DNA of 64,000 nt, taken from contig OZ024747.1 of NCBI GenBank assembly GCA_964016885.1, positions 84,258,001 to 84,322,000 of the forward strand, read 5' to 3'. Of this stretch, positions 1-12,760 are shown one piece after another. The notes under the pieces are model-generated. The model had not been told where the DNA came from. It saw only the letters and a list, made by a program, of their open reading frames with translations, and made no database searches. This stretch comes from Eledone cirrhosa (Eukaryota). Both the position numbers and the translations under genes were made by a program. Each line of letters starts with the position of its first letter. The first letter of the stretch is position 1.

Positions 1-400
1 AATAACAAGGCATGTATTGTGGATATTGCTTCACCATGGGACTGCAGGGTGAATGAGAAGGAAAGTGAGAAAGATGAAAAATACCAGATGAAGAGAGAAA
101 TTAGGAAACTATGGAGAATCAGTCACATAGAAGTGACACCAATTGTGGTTGATGTACTGGGATCACTTAGTAGAAGGTTGGATGCAAGGCTTGAGAAGCT
201 AGGAATTACCATCAGGACAGGATTATAGCAGAAAACAGCCTTAATGGGAAGAGCAAGAATTCTAAGAAGGGTGTTGGAAAGTTGAAGGAGAAGGAATGAC
301 CCAAAGGACCTTTGGCCATTGGCTATGGTTCGCTCTTTTGGTAAAGAGTTGTTATAACATTAGCCAGAACAAAAACATTAAAAGTAATAATAATAATAAT
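1..400 (+). mobile_element. 3' end of an RLE-type non-LTR retrotransposon (R4/Dong-like) with TAA tail
   Basis: VDIASPWD..V..KE.EK.EKYQ....EIRKLW.....VTPIVV..LG restriction-like endonuclease C-terminus, followed by a short UTR and (TAA)n at about 384-400. Confidence 0.8.
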
Positions 401-575
401 TGTTTCTACTTTTGGCACAAGGCCAGCAATTACCCAGTACATTACTGGTACTTATTTTATCGACCCCATGAGGATGAAAGGCAAAGTTAACCTCGGCGGG
501 ATTTTAACTCAGACCTTAAAGGGACGTAACTATGCTAGAAAGCATGGCGTCCAACCCTCTACCGATACTGCCAAT
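400..575 (-). mobile_element. tRNA-headed SINE, family 1
   Basis: Matches the full-length copy at 59999-60183 (core gcctttcatcct..ggggtcgataaaata-agtaccagt). Confidence 0.85.
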
Positions 576-949
576 TCACTGATCTCATTTACTGGCCGTA
601 AGGGCCGACATGTAGGGGACAAAATGGTAGATAATAAAAATGACATAACAAACAACTTAGGTTTCTTAAAATGTTCTTCTTCAACGAAACAAATATAAAA
701 AGAAATTAAAATAATTTAAAAAAAAGACACACTAAAATAAAATACAAATATAATATAACTATATACTATACAAAGAAAATCTCCAGTTTCAAAGAGCTCA
801 CTTTGATAGTTTAAGTTGCTGGCTCTTAACGGTTGAACAGATATGCAGATGGCATCTCAGCAATATCAACATCAAACAAAACATTATCCATCACCCTATA
901 ATAAATACCCCAGCAATCATTTTATTTACTTGTTTTACTATTTATTTTG

Positions 950-1120
950 TTTGTGTGTTTATGTATGTCTGTATATATGTGTGTATGTATGTTTGTATAT
1001 GTGTGTATGTATGTTTGTATGTATGTGTGTATGTATGTCTGTATATATGTGTGTATGTATGTCTGTATATATGTGTGTATGTATGTATGTATGTATGTAT
1101 GTTTATATATATGTATGTAT
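950..1120. repeat. (TATG/TG)n compound microsatellite
   Basis: Visible low-complexity repeat that generates the Y/V/C/M ORFs. Confidence 0.9.
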
Positions 1121-1344
1121 GTTCTTCTGGTTTTATAATTTCACAAAGTTTTACCAATAGAGAGAGAGTCGGTTTCTAACATAGACACAAGATTCTCTCA
1201 TTGGAATTTACACAACATCAACTAGGTAGATATGTATGTATGCATGCATGTGTAGAGATGGATGTTATTGTATGTGTGGATGTGGATGTTTTGAGTTGTA
1301 TGTGTGCATGTGTATATGCTTTGTATCTGTACATGTGTATATGC

Positions 1345-3650
1345 AGTTATTAGATGCAACATTTTTGGAATGTTTTACATATTTTTACTGTTCCATTAAT
1401 GGATTGTACTTGTAGTTTCCTAACTAGTTGTGTTCTTTCTGTTCCCGTGAAGCCTAGCTTCTCAAGATTTGTATTGAGGCAGTTACTAACATATCCCAGT
1501 GCCCCAATAATCACAGGCATAAATCTGAAGTGTAATCAGGGTGGAGTATCTGCAGATTTCTCATCAGTTCTGCATAAATATTCTCCTTTTCACTAATCTT
1601 TGATATTATATTGGCATCTGCTGGGCAGCTAATTTCCACTACTGTGCATGTTTTCTTCTCCCTGTCCCATATCATATTTGGTCTGTTATGCCTGCATTTT
1701 ATTGGGGTTTATACTGGAACATTCCCCCAGTACTCTTTCATATTATGTACATGGATGTATTCCACATTGTTGTAGCTTTTAATGTGTTTATTATCGGGGC
1801 TATCTTTTTTACAAACTGCATTGTACAGTGTTTTGCCCACTACATCATGCCTCATAGGTAGATAGTACCGCGATGACATCTTTGGGCAGCTGCTGATGAC
1901 ATGGGTGATATCCTTGATGTTAGTTCTGCAGAGTCTGCACTTGTTATCACATCTAGGTGTTTTGCCTGCATCCCTATCTCTTTTGTGAATCAGGTATTTC
2001 GTGCTAATCTCCTGTTCTTTGATTGCAAAAGCGTATCCTTCAAAGTGGGAGCCAATATAGCGGTTGTTGGTCCAAGATAGACTACTTTCCTTATCTATAT
2101 TACTCTCACTCTGGAGCTTCCTGGCAACATATCCATGCATGATTTTTTGCTGATAGGCATGCAGTTTTTCATCCATGGATTCACTGCGATACTGCTGAGC
2201 AACATCCCTGGGTGTGAGTTTTTGATTATCACACAGGGAATATCTGAATATCTCTCAAGGAGTTCCTTCCCAACTCTCATGATCTTATCTGTTTCATGCA
2301 GATAGACTTGCTCGAGAAGCGGGCTCCTACGCTTCGAGGTTCGTAGATGTTGTCGGAGAGATATGATGTGACATTCAAATGTTGTCTGGACTGATGTTAG
2401 GCCTCTGCCTCCCTGCTTACGTTTCAAGTAAAGGCGGTCTATGTCATTGTTGATGTGGAAGTTTCCGGTGTTGTTCAGTATTTTTCGAGTTCCAACATCA
2501 ACTGCTCGAATTTCGTCTATTGTCCAAAGTAGTATTCCAAACGTTGGTGTTAGGACAGGCACAGCAAACACATTGTGAGCCACTGTTTTGTTTTGCACAG
2601 AGAGTTCCGATGACCAGATCTTTCTTAATCGGGTGTAGTATTCCCTGGCTACGCGTTCTTTATTACAGATATCATTATAGGATATGTTCTCATCTATCCC
2701 CAGGTATCTGTAGCAGTCCTCATCAGATATCAGTGAAACAGTTAGACCAATGATGACAATGTTGCTAGATTGGGTTGTTGTTTTTCCCCGCTTTACAGTC
2801 ATGTATGAGCATTTATCTTGGCCAAACTCCATTCCTATATCCTTTGAGAACATTGTAACCAGGTCAAGATTTTTCTTCATCCCATCCATGTTCTTGCCAT
2901 AGAGTTTCAGATCGTCCACAAAGAAGTTATGGGTTAGGTTCGTATTTCTGTCCTCCTGTGAGCCAATGATGTATCCCTCACATTTCTTGAGCAGAAAGGA
3001 CAAGGGGTTTAATGACAAGATGGACAATATCACAGAGAGACTGTCCCCCTGAAATATACCCCTGCAATATTTTATTTTATCAGTAATAATAGAGTCCTCC
3101 CTCTCTGTCTTTAACCTTAGGAGAAGTAATAATATATATATATATAATAGAGTAATAATATATATATATATATAATAGAGTCCTCCCTCTCTGTCTTTAA
3201 CCAAGAAGAAGACAGCCTCTCTATGGCTCTGACAATAATGTCTGGGACTTTAGCAAGTTGGAGGGCCTCTATCATCCAAGAGTGGGGAACAGAATCGAAA
3301 GCTTTCTTGTAGTCCAGCCAGACTGTAGTCATATTCCTCCTAAGTTGTCGCACCTCCGACATCGCAGTTTTGTTGATTAGGAGTTGTTCAGCACATCCCC
3401 AAACCCTTTTCTTTCCAGCTGCTTGTTCATCTGTGATGATGTTATTATTTTCACAGTGATCTTGGAGGAATAGGTTCAGGCAGGCTGTATACATCTTATA
3501 CATCAGGTTCTGGCATGCAATGGGTCAGTAGTTTTTTGCCAAGTGGGTGTCTTTGTTCTTGGGGATCAGTAACGTTTGTGCTAATGTCAACCATTCTGGT
3601 ATAAGTGTATCTCCCTTAAGAACTTGTTGGTAGAGGTCAGTAAGGGCCCA
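1345..3650 (-). mobile_element. 5'-truncated, decayed R4/Dong-like non-LTR retrotransposon (RT + CCHC knuckle + RLE)
   Basis: WLDYKKAFDSVPH, GIFQGDSLS, FVDDLK and YRYLG RT motifs; CRLC..ITHVISSC..RHD zinc knuckle; downstream RP-D-type nuclease region; frameshifts and stops. Confidence 0.92.
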
Positions 3651-3915
3651 GCACTATGTGTCAATAATTGTCACAAGTGTAGTGTTTGTACCAGAGTTTT
3701 CAAGTCGCTGGCTGGACTAAAAAGTCACACTCGTTCAGCGCATCAGTAGGGGTTCTCCTACATGGATATGAAGTAGTGGCCGTACTCGAAAACGAGTTGG
3801 CAGCCGCCATATATGTGTGTATGTATGTTTGTATGTATGTTTGTTTAATCTGTTGTCATGTGAATACAGAGGGTTTTAGGAAATAATTCCTCAATGTGTG
3901 TGTGTATACAGCTTT

Positions 3916-3980
<65 letters not shown>

Positions 3981-3982
<2 letters not shown>

Positions 3983-4035
3983 CCACCCTTGCAAGCAGGG
4001 AAGAGCGGACGTAAAATGATGATGATGATGATGAT
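3981..4035 (+). mobile_element. Heavily 5'-truncated RTE/SINE 3' tail
   Basis: tcccacccttgcaagcagggaagagcggacgtaaaa(tga)n, nearly identical to 51065-51120. Confidence 0.8.
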
Positions 4036-4603
4036 ATATATATATACCCACACAGACACACACACCATTTTCATAGCAAATGAGAAATTTCTTTCTTTAA
4101 TACTGAAATGGTATAAGCTTAGCCTGTGGGCGATGAATTCCTTTAACGATGTCTACACTCTACTTCCTTTAAATATAGAATTTTAAGTTGAATAATGGTC
4201 TTACTGGTCTTAACTAGTAACATCTTATCTATATATATATATAAACAGGCATAAATCAAACATTAACAATAGATCTGAACTACATGGAACCAACTGGTTA
4301 TTGTGACCAGTCTGTACATGTCACCTTTTCACCAACAATCAATCACACAACAAAGGAATAGCTCATAGGAACATGTCATTTGAATAAGAGGCTCTAACCT
4401 TGAAATATCATGAAATATAGGGTAAAAACTATTGTTCATCATTCTTACTCTACTCTAGTTTCACCATTGTAATTTCCATTTGCATTGTATCGCCTTTCCC
4501 AATACTTTCTTTATATATATTATATATATATGATAAATATTGATGCAATTCAATTCAAGCACTCAACATACTTTTTCCACATAGGAGTGATGGAGTATAT
4601 TTG

Positions 4604-5331
4604 GAATAAGAAAATGCGAAGTAGTTTCAGTTGTTAAAGTCCTTTAATGATTATCCTACTATATATATATATATACATATATTATTTTTTTTTTTTTTTT
4701 TTTTTTTTTTTTCTTTTAATTTACTTCAATCAAGATTTTAACTTGTAATTTTTTAATTTCTAATTTTCAATCATAATTTCCACTGTGAAACCATAATATC
4801 TAGAACTAAGTTTATATTCTCTTAGTGGGTGATGGTCAATTCTATTGTCCAAGCATAATTTAGCGGTAGTATTGAAGCCTATTGAGAGTCATACTCTGCC
4901 ACCACTAGGCTTCGGTCAACTGCCACTGGCAGGGCAACTAGCAGTAAATTATAACCGTGTCATATTACAGACCTGGATGGGGGTGATTGTTTCGTTGGGG
5001 TGTGAGAAGACCTGCCTAGGCGAGTTTCGTAGAGTTTTGGGGTGGTGGATGGTCAACTTCCTTCGGACTTGCGCCTGTACAAACCAGTGGGGATGAATTG
5101 GGACTCACAAGGGAACGGACGAAGGATTCAAGAACACCCGCTTTGTCCGTTCCCTTGTCAATTCAATTTGGATTGCCTCAGGAACATAACCTTATTATGT
5201 AAGAAGCTGTCTGATGATGTCACGGCACTGGGTACACCGAAGCATGTGGCCACTGTCGTCATTGAAATATGTATCAGAGCATTATCATTAAAGGACTTTA
5301 ACATCCGAAACTACTTTGCATTTTCTTATTC
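4604..5331 (+). mobile_element. Putative Penelope-like remnant with 48-bp terminal inverted repeats and degenerate hammerhead
   Basis: IR 4604-4651 / 5284-5331; WWM...LYKPVGMN resembles a GIY-YIG tail; CTGATGA...CGAAGCATG at 5211-5246. Confidence 0.45.
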
Positions 5332-5485
5332 TATATATATCAATATATATATATATATATATATATCACAGAAATAAAGAAAATCAGTGTTGTGACGAAT
5401 GGAATTTATTGGACATATTACAAAGGTTTCTCTGGCAACTAGCATACAGACACTTTAAGCATCCAACACCAATTATATATATATA

Positions 5486-6374
5486 CGAGGTGTGTCAGAA
5501 AAGTTCCAGGACTGATGTCACAAAAGATTTATTTCAAACCCAAACTTCACACTAAGAGAGTTCTCCTTCAAAGTAATCCCCCTGGAGTCTAATTTACTTT
5601 TCCATCCTTTTCTGCTGCCACGCTTGCATGCAATCCTGGAAGGATTCTTTCGGGATCTTCCGCAGTTCCGTCGTCACGGCCTTTTTGATGTCATCCACGT
5701 CTTCAAAACGGGTCCCTTCCGGGTCGTACTCGAAGATCCATCACTCATCACCAGTGATGACTGTCCCTAGCAAGTCTGGTTCGGTTTCAAGACGCTCGAG
5801 GATGTCCTGGCACACTTGCATACGTCGAACCTTCTGGTCATCGTTCAGCAGTTTTGGCACCATCTTCGCGCAGACTTTCCGCATGTCCAAATCTTCAGTG
5901 AGAATCTTCCAGACGCTGTCCCGATTCATGCCCAGCTCATTTGCCATCAGTCGAACAGTCAGCCAACGATCGCTACGTACCATCTGCCTGACGCGCTCAA
6001 CATTGACCTCAGTCCTGGTTGTTGAGGGACTCCCACTCCCGGGATCATCTTGCACCACTCAAAAACACGTGAGCGTGACATCGTCTCATCTCCATACACT
6101 TTCTGCAGCAATCCCAGTGCTTCTGACGTAGTTTTCCCCAACCGTACCAGAAACTTCAAGTTTGTTCGTTGCTCTGTGCTCATTGCTTGACGACCTGAAA
6201 CAGAGGACATGTATATAAAATTATGAAGAAAAAAGTTTGATCGCTGCAGAGAGCTAAGATTACAGTTACATACTCCAGGGGGATTACTTTGAAGGAGAAA
6301 ACTCTTAGTGTGAAGTTTGGGTTTGAAATAAATCTTTTGTGACATCAGTCCTGGAACTTTTCTGACACACCTCG
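5486..6374 (-). mobile_element. Internally deleted mariner transposon with 103-bp TIRs
   Basis: TA-flanked TIRs 5486-5588 / 6272-6374; EQRTNLKFLVRLGK HTH, KVCAKMVPKLL, ITGDE, GDYFEG; most of the catalytic domain is deleted. Confidence 0.95.
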
Positions 6375-6594
6375 TATATATATATATATATATATATCAA
6401 TGCAACAAATTTCGAAGAAACAGTTTAATATTAATTAATGGTTAATTAGACTCCAATATAATTGAAATGTTTGAATATTAGAGTCTAATTCATCATCATC
6501 ATCATCATCATCGTTTAATGTCTATCTTCCACGCTATGACAAAAAGCACCCAGCCCACATTGTGAAGTGGTCGTGATAATGACACGACAAAAAT

Positions 6595-6916
6595 CAGTGT
6601 CTTTCGTTAGAAATATGTTAATTAAAGGGTTAATCATAGACAGTGTCATTCATTAGAAATATGGTAATGCAAGGGTTAATGACATAGGCAGTGTCTTTCA
6701 TTAGAAATATGGTAATTAAAGGGTTAATCATAGACAGTTTCTTTCATTAGAAATATGTTAATTAAAGGGTTAATCATAGACAGTGTCTTTTATTAGAAAT
6801 ATGGTAATTAAAAGGTTAAAAATATAGACAGTGTCTTTCACTGGAAATATGGTAATGAAAGGGTTAAAGACATAGACAGTGTCTTTTATTAGAAATATGG
6901 TAATTAAAGGGTTAAT
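6595..6916. repeat. 46-48 bp minisatellite, 7 copies
   Basis: Unit cagtgtctttcattagaaatatggtaattaaagggttaatcataga starting at about 6595, 6641, 6689, 6735, 6781, 6829, 6877. Confidence 0.9.
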
Positions 6917-7204
6917 GAACTATTGCATTGGATTTCATGCATTAAATTAGATTTTTTTTCTTTGGTAATGAATTGGAAATCATATACTTTTTATATATAA
7001 TAATTAATATTTACAATTTTAGATTGCTAACTCAGCAAGCACCTCCCTCCCTGGTGTATGTGTCAGTGTGTATATATAGATACATATATACATAAAAATG
7101 TGTATATATATATATTTATATATATATATATGTATGTATATACATATTTATATATATATATATCTGTGTGTGTGTGTGAGAGAGTGTGTGTATATGTATG
7201 CATA

Positions 7205-7260
<56 letters not shown>

Positions 7261-7519
7261 TGTATGCCTTTGGATATATCTCTATTATTTCTATCTCGCC
7301 AGAAGCCACCCCAATCCCTCCCCATGCTGTCCATACTATTCCTCCTCACCCTGTGTTTTTTTTATATATACTGTCTCTCCATCCTCTGGAAAATTGTTTG
7401 ACGACCCTGAGTATCCAGGAAAAACTCGCAAGTAGCAAAACTGAAGCTTGACTTTAATAAATATATATATATATATTTGGAGACTTTAGCATAAATTAAA
7501 CTATGTTTATATATAAATA

Positions 7520-7635
7520 TAGACACTTCTGTACGAGCGGGACACGGTCTCCCGACCAATCCCGCATCAAATGGAACAAAACCGTCTAACCCATGCTAGC
7601 GTGGAAGATGGACGTTAAACGATGATGATGATGAT
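7520..7635 (+). mobile_element. RTE-related 3' tail fragment
   Basis: aacccatgctagcgtggaagatggacgttaaac(gat)n; reverse-complement match to 52650-52770. Confidence 0.8.
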
Positions 7636-9064
7636 ATACATACATAATTGGATGCACGAGTGATGATGATGACGATATATATATTCTAGTGTGATGAATT
7701 TAGTGCAGTCTGTAGCAAGTTACAATGTCTAATTTGGTATGGCTCCCCTTTCATGTCGCTGGGGGTTCATACAGTAAATACCGATTATATATGAAAAGGG
7801 AAGGGGTCGCATAAACTAGGCCTCTTCCTTCTTTGCTTACAGAAACCTGGTCTTGTGACAATCTAATTAATCCTCTTGGTACCATATTTCGAATGAAATA
7901 CTCCACCTGTGTTTTCCAATTAATTTTCCAAACAATTTGAAGAAATTTAGTAACATAATTAACCATATTATTAAACTGATATTCAGCACACAGCTTAACA
8001 TAATATACTGCCATAACATTTTGTTTATTTAAATATAAATACTTTGAAACAAGAGGTTTGTCATCCTAGTAATGGATGGTTTTCTGTGGGTCAGTACCAA
8101 AGAGGTTAACAATCTCACACACAATGTAACAATGTACAGGCACAGAATGCAGCAAGGCCAAATGGTTAAGATGTGTGCTTTGAAATCAGATCTTGGTAAG
8201 GGTCATTTATCATAGCTTCTTGTGTAGACAGAAACTACTTAGAAGCCCATCAGATGTACTGTACTTGTTAATAGACCAGTCTTGTCATACCCTGCGTCAT
8301 ACTGATTCCCCCTCACACACATACAAGCATACACACACAAAGGCACACACACACACACAGAGGCACACACACACACAGAGGCACACACACATACACACAG
8401 AGGCACACAAAGGTACACACACATACACACAGTGAGACACATATCCAACACTGCTGGGATTCGGGGTGAGGTACAGTTACGTGGTAACATCACAAATAAG
8501 CTATTCCAAAACCACTTGATATCATTGCAAGGAAATAAAAATTAGTACAACATAATAATAGACTAAGTGAATCCTTTAACAAGAATCCGGTAACTTCTAC
8601 CAAGACTGGGAATACTAATGGACGTGTTTTCTTTATCATATTACATGCTTACGCATGCTTCTCTCTCTATATATCTATCTTTATCACCTTCTGTCTCTCT
8701 CACACATACATATATATATATACTGTAGCTTTATCTCTTTCACACACACACATACATATATATATACACACACATACATATATATACTGTTGCTTTATCT
8801 CTTTCACACACACACACATACACATAAATGCACGCATACATATGTACACACATGCATACATATATATATATATAGTGTTGCTTTATCTCTCATACACACA
8901 TAAATACATACATACATACATGCACACACACACATATATATATATTGTTAATAGACCAGTCTTGTCATACCCTGTGTCATACTGATTCCCCCTCACACAC
9001 ATGCAAGCACATACACACATATATATATATGCACACATACATATATACTTATATATATATAGAG

Positions 9065-9095
<31 letters not shown>

Positions 9096-9896
9096 TAGAC
9101 ATATATATATATATATATTTGCACACATTCACACACTCTCTGTCTCAGTAATGATAAATAACTCAATACAACACCCCTATGTAAGTCATCTAAGAGCTGA
9201 AAGTAGGTTTTGCTATCTACCACACATACACTCAGCATTACTCAATCATGTACACAAACACAATGATAAACATACACAATCATACATTCACACAACCATT
9301 TCCATAATCAAACAAATATAGACAACGAAATACATATTCCTCTCACAACCATACTCTACTCTAAGCTAATAAAGTAGTCTCCATGTGGTCATTCGACTTG
9401 CTAGAAATTGCAGCCAAATTTCTTTCAAATCATAGTCTACAGACTAAAAATACTAGAGTACATTATGCTTGAGAAAATGATGGATTGTAATGACTGCAGT
9501 GCCTTTAATCATAGATCTGCTGAATCAGAACTGATCAATTTAAGGCTAGACAATAACCATACTTTATACAAACCAACAAAAGAGGCTCTGCAAGGTCTCT
9601 TGCCCTGCTAGAAATAGTAGCCAAATCTCCCTTAAATAACACTCTACCACCATAAGAAAGGATTAATGTAGTCCCTGATATATAAATATGAGATGGTTAT
9701 ACATGGAACACGTATGACCATAAGTCTGTTTCATCATGGCTTGCTAACCAATACCAACAACCATACACTACTCATGAAGTAATACCACATCAACACGCAC
9801 AGTTCTAGGTTCCTTTAAAATACCAAATTACGCATGAGGCATTTCCATGATGAACAGTAAATTGTGCCTTGAATTTGCCCACACTCTCAGGTGACA

Positions 9897-10323
9897 TTAA
9901 CCCGTTCAATAACTAATATATAGAAAATAATTAAAAGTGTTGACAGGCTTAACCCTTTAGTATTTAAACCTGCCATATCCAGCCAGAATTCTCTCATCTC
10001 TTTCTGTTCAAACTGGCTGTAAGCAGCTGCCTAACTGATGTTAAGGTATTGTCCTCAAAATAAATTATATCAAAATCTCATAGATTTGATATTATGTGAG
10101 GTAAAGCCTTTACTATGAAAATACAATAGTATATAGAGAGTAATGTAAATGGTAAAGGGTTAATAGTATAGCTAGCCTTTGTATTTTTAAGCTGGATTTT
10201 AAAACTTAATATTACATAAAATTATAATGGAAGGTTTAAATGTAAATATGAATGCTTTAAAATAAACAATTTGCATCATAGAACCAGGGGCAGTTAAAGG
10301 TGGTTTGGTATCAAAAGGGTTAA
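9897..10323. mobile_element. TTAA-flanked MITE containing a second TTAA MITE (9949-10163)
   Basis: Outer ends ttaacccgtt / aaaagggttaa; inner ends ttaaccctttag / gtaaagggttaa; inner family also at 20178-20406, 52163-52391 and 58619-58847. TTAA plus CCC/GGG termini are piggyBac-like. Confidence 0.75.
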
Positions 10324-10466
10324 AACACAATATTCAATGAAACTGGTTTCACAAAAGAATAAAAAACCAAAGTTACTGACCTCTCTCTTTTCTCTACCTC
10401 TCTTCTCTCTCCCTATTTTCTCTTTTCTCTCACATCCATATGCAAACACACATACACATTCATACA

Positions 10467-11543
10467 TAGACATGAAAAATGCGCAAGCTCAAAAGAGCCA
10501 CAGAATGTTATAATAAACCTTCAAAAGTGTGGGACTAGAGTTGTTACTCAAAAATATTGTAATCATTATCTATCGTACATTCTGTGGCATCCTTTATAAA
10601 AATATCACAATAAATACATCTATGTTTAATGTAATAACAGCTATAAATAATTACGTAATATTATTTTTGCCTTTCATCCTTACGGGGTCGATAAAATAAA
10701 GTACCAGTAATGGACTGAGATAATTGCTGACCTTGTGCCTAACGTAAAAACAATTATCATATACTCATAGTAACAAAATAATTGTGTTGAAAATTAATAT
10801 GATGCTTATATGAACGATCAAATCTATAATGATAATTTTATAAATATACTAATATTAAAATAATTTAGTTATATATTGTTACATTATCATCGAACTATAA
10901 CATTAACAATCGTATTATATCATCAAATGTTTATCATTGCAAACTTTCATATTGCAATTACCTGAAGCCATTTATCATTACTTCGCTTTCGTACTTTTAT
11001 AGATGTAGATATTCGGCTGTATCTTATATCTAATATCTTGATCTCATGGTAATTTGCATGCAGTGTAAAATAGGTTTATTAATAACTTTAATATGAAATG
11101 TATTATACAGGGCTGCGGAGTCGGCCAAAAATTGACTGGCTCCAACTTCGGATCCGATACTCCATTATTTCCTAAATTTCGGCTCCGCAGTCGTTATTAT
11201 ATTAATTTATTTATTTTATAGTTGTAAATCAAGAATGAACTAAGTGAAATAGTGTAAAAAGAAAGGCATGGTTGGTTTAAGCTAATGTCCAATATCTCAT
11301 ATTAGATGTTTAGTAATGATTAATACGAAATGCACTTAAATCGAATTCTATATTATAAATTCACTTAATTAATTATCGTGTCGTCTTGAGTTCCTTATGA
11401 GTCTCTTTTTTATAAAAGGATGCCACAGAATGTACGATAGATAATGATTACAATATTTTTGAGTAACAACTCTAGTCCCACACTTTTGAAGGTTTATTAT
11501 AACATTCTGTGGTTCTTTTGAGCTTGCGCATTTTACATGTCTA
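10467..11543. repeat. About 135-bp inverted repeat pair (10467-10602 / 11407-11543)
   Basis: tagacatg..aatgcgcaagctcaaaagagccacagaatg...ggcatcctttataaaaa and its near-exact reverse complement. Confidence 0.9.
11108..11192. mobile_element. Small decayed MITE (cagggctgcggagtcgg...ggctccgcag)
   Basis: Imperfect terminal inverted repeat starting with CAG. Confidence 0.5.
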
Positions 11544-12479
11544 GTTTAATATTTTTTTAAGGCAACGCTTGTAATAACTAGTTAAACATGATATATATTA
11601 ATAATAAATTATCGTTGAAATGTAATTAGATTATATAATTGTTATTATAAATGATCTTATAAATATTAGTGTAAAATGTATAAAAATATTTTCAGACTTT
11701 TAATATAAACAACAAAAAACAATCAATATTAAATCAATATATTATACATAATAGAAAACATAAAATAAATAAACAATATAAAAATAAAATATTTACATAC
11801 AATTGCAATTATCAGTCTATATAAATTTTCTTTATTCCCTGAGCAAATTAATGAGATGTGTTCTTATTGCACATAATTTGATGACTTTTTGGAGTGTATT
11901 AAAAGATAACAACAATTTGTGATTAAATTGTTATCTTAAGCAACTCTCTTTTTAATAGTTGTTGGCTGAGCGAAATTGGAAAAGCCTATGAGCAAATATT
12001 TTAAAAAATACACAAACTACATTTCCCTGTATTGTTGCAACATTAGATAAAATAATTGAGCAATGTCGTGAGATTTTGCTCTTAATGCACATTAATAGTG
12101 TTTCTATTTTTCGGCACAAAGCCATTACCGCAGTCCATTACTGGTACTTTATTTTATCGAACTGGTAAGGATGAAAGGCAAAGTTAACCTCGGCGGTATT
12201 TGAACTTAGAACGCAAAGGGCCATAACAATGCTGCAAAGCATGGTGTCTGACGCTCTACCAATACTTGTGTTGAGCTGGTCACCAATTTGTGGTGGTCGT
12301 GCGTGGAGTAGAACAAGCGCTAGTCGAAATAGTATGAACAAAACATTTTTATTTGTCGACGAACATATTTTCAATACTGTTTGTGAATGTGATGAAGGAA
12401 ATACATTCTGATATGGAACAGAGTACAAAGTGTGTCTGTGAATAACATAATTGTTTCTACTTTTGGCACAACATAATGT

Positions 12480-12760
12480 TACCTCATGTTGTTAAGACAT
12501 AATGGATTTCGTATATCCAGTTGGAAGATTAAACCTAGCCATCTCGGATTAGCTATATTTCGTGCAACGTGTAGACGTGTTTGAGGATAGGAATATATGC
12601 ATGTTTTTCGTCTGGAAACTTTCTGCTAAACTGATTGGTTTCGGTTTTGGCGCTATGCAATACTCATCCTATAGATAGCTGTATTGGATCGTTGATTGGC
12701 TAATATTTAGGTGAGGGCGCTTGGTGCAGAGTTAGTGCAGGATCAATGAGTGTAAATTGA
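12480..12760 (-). promoter_or_regulatory. Possible promoter / first exon
   Basis: Apparently non-repetitive, CpG-retaining segment with two CCAAT boxes (ctgattggt about 12631, tgattggct about 12693) and a minus-strand ATGAG|GTAACA donor near 12483. Confidence 0.25.
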
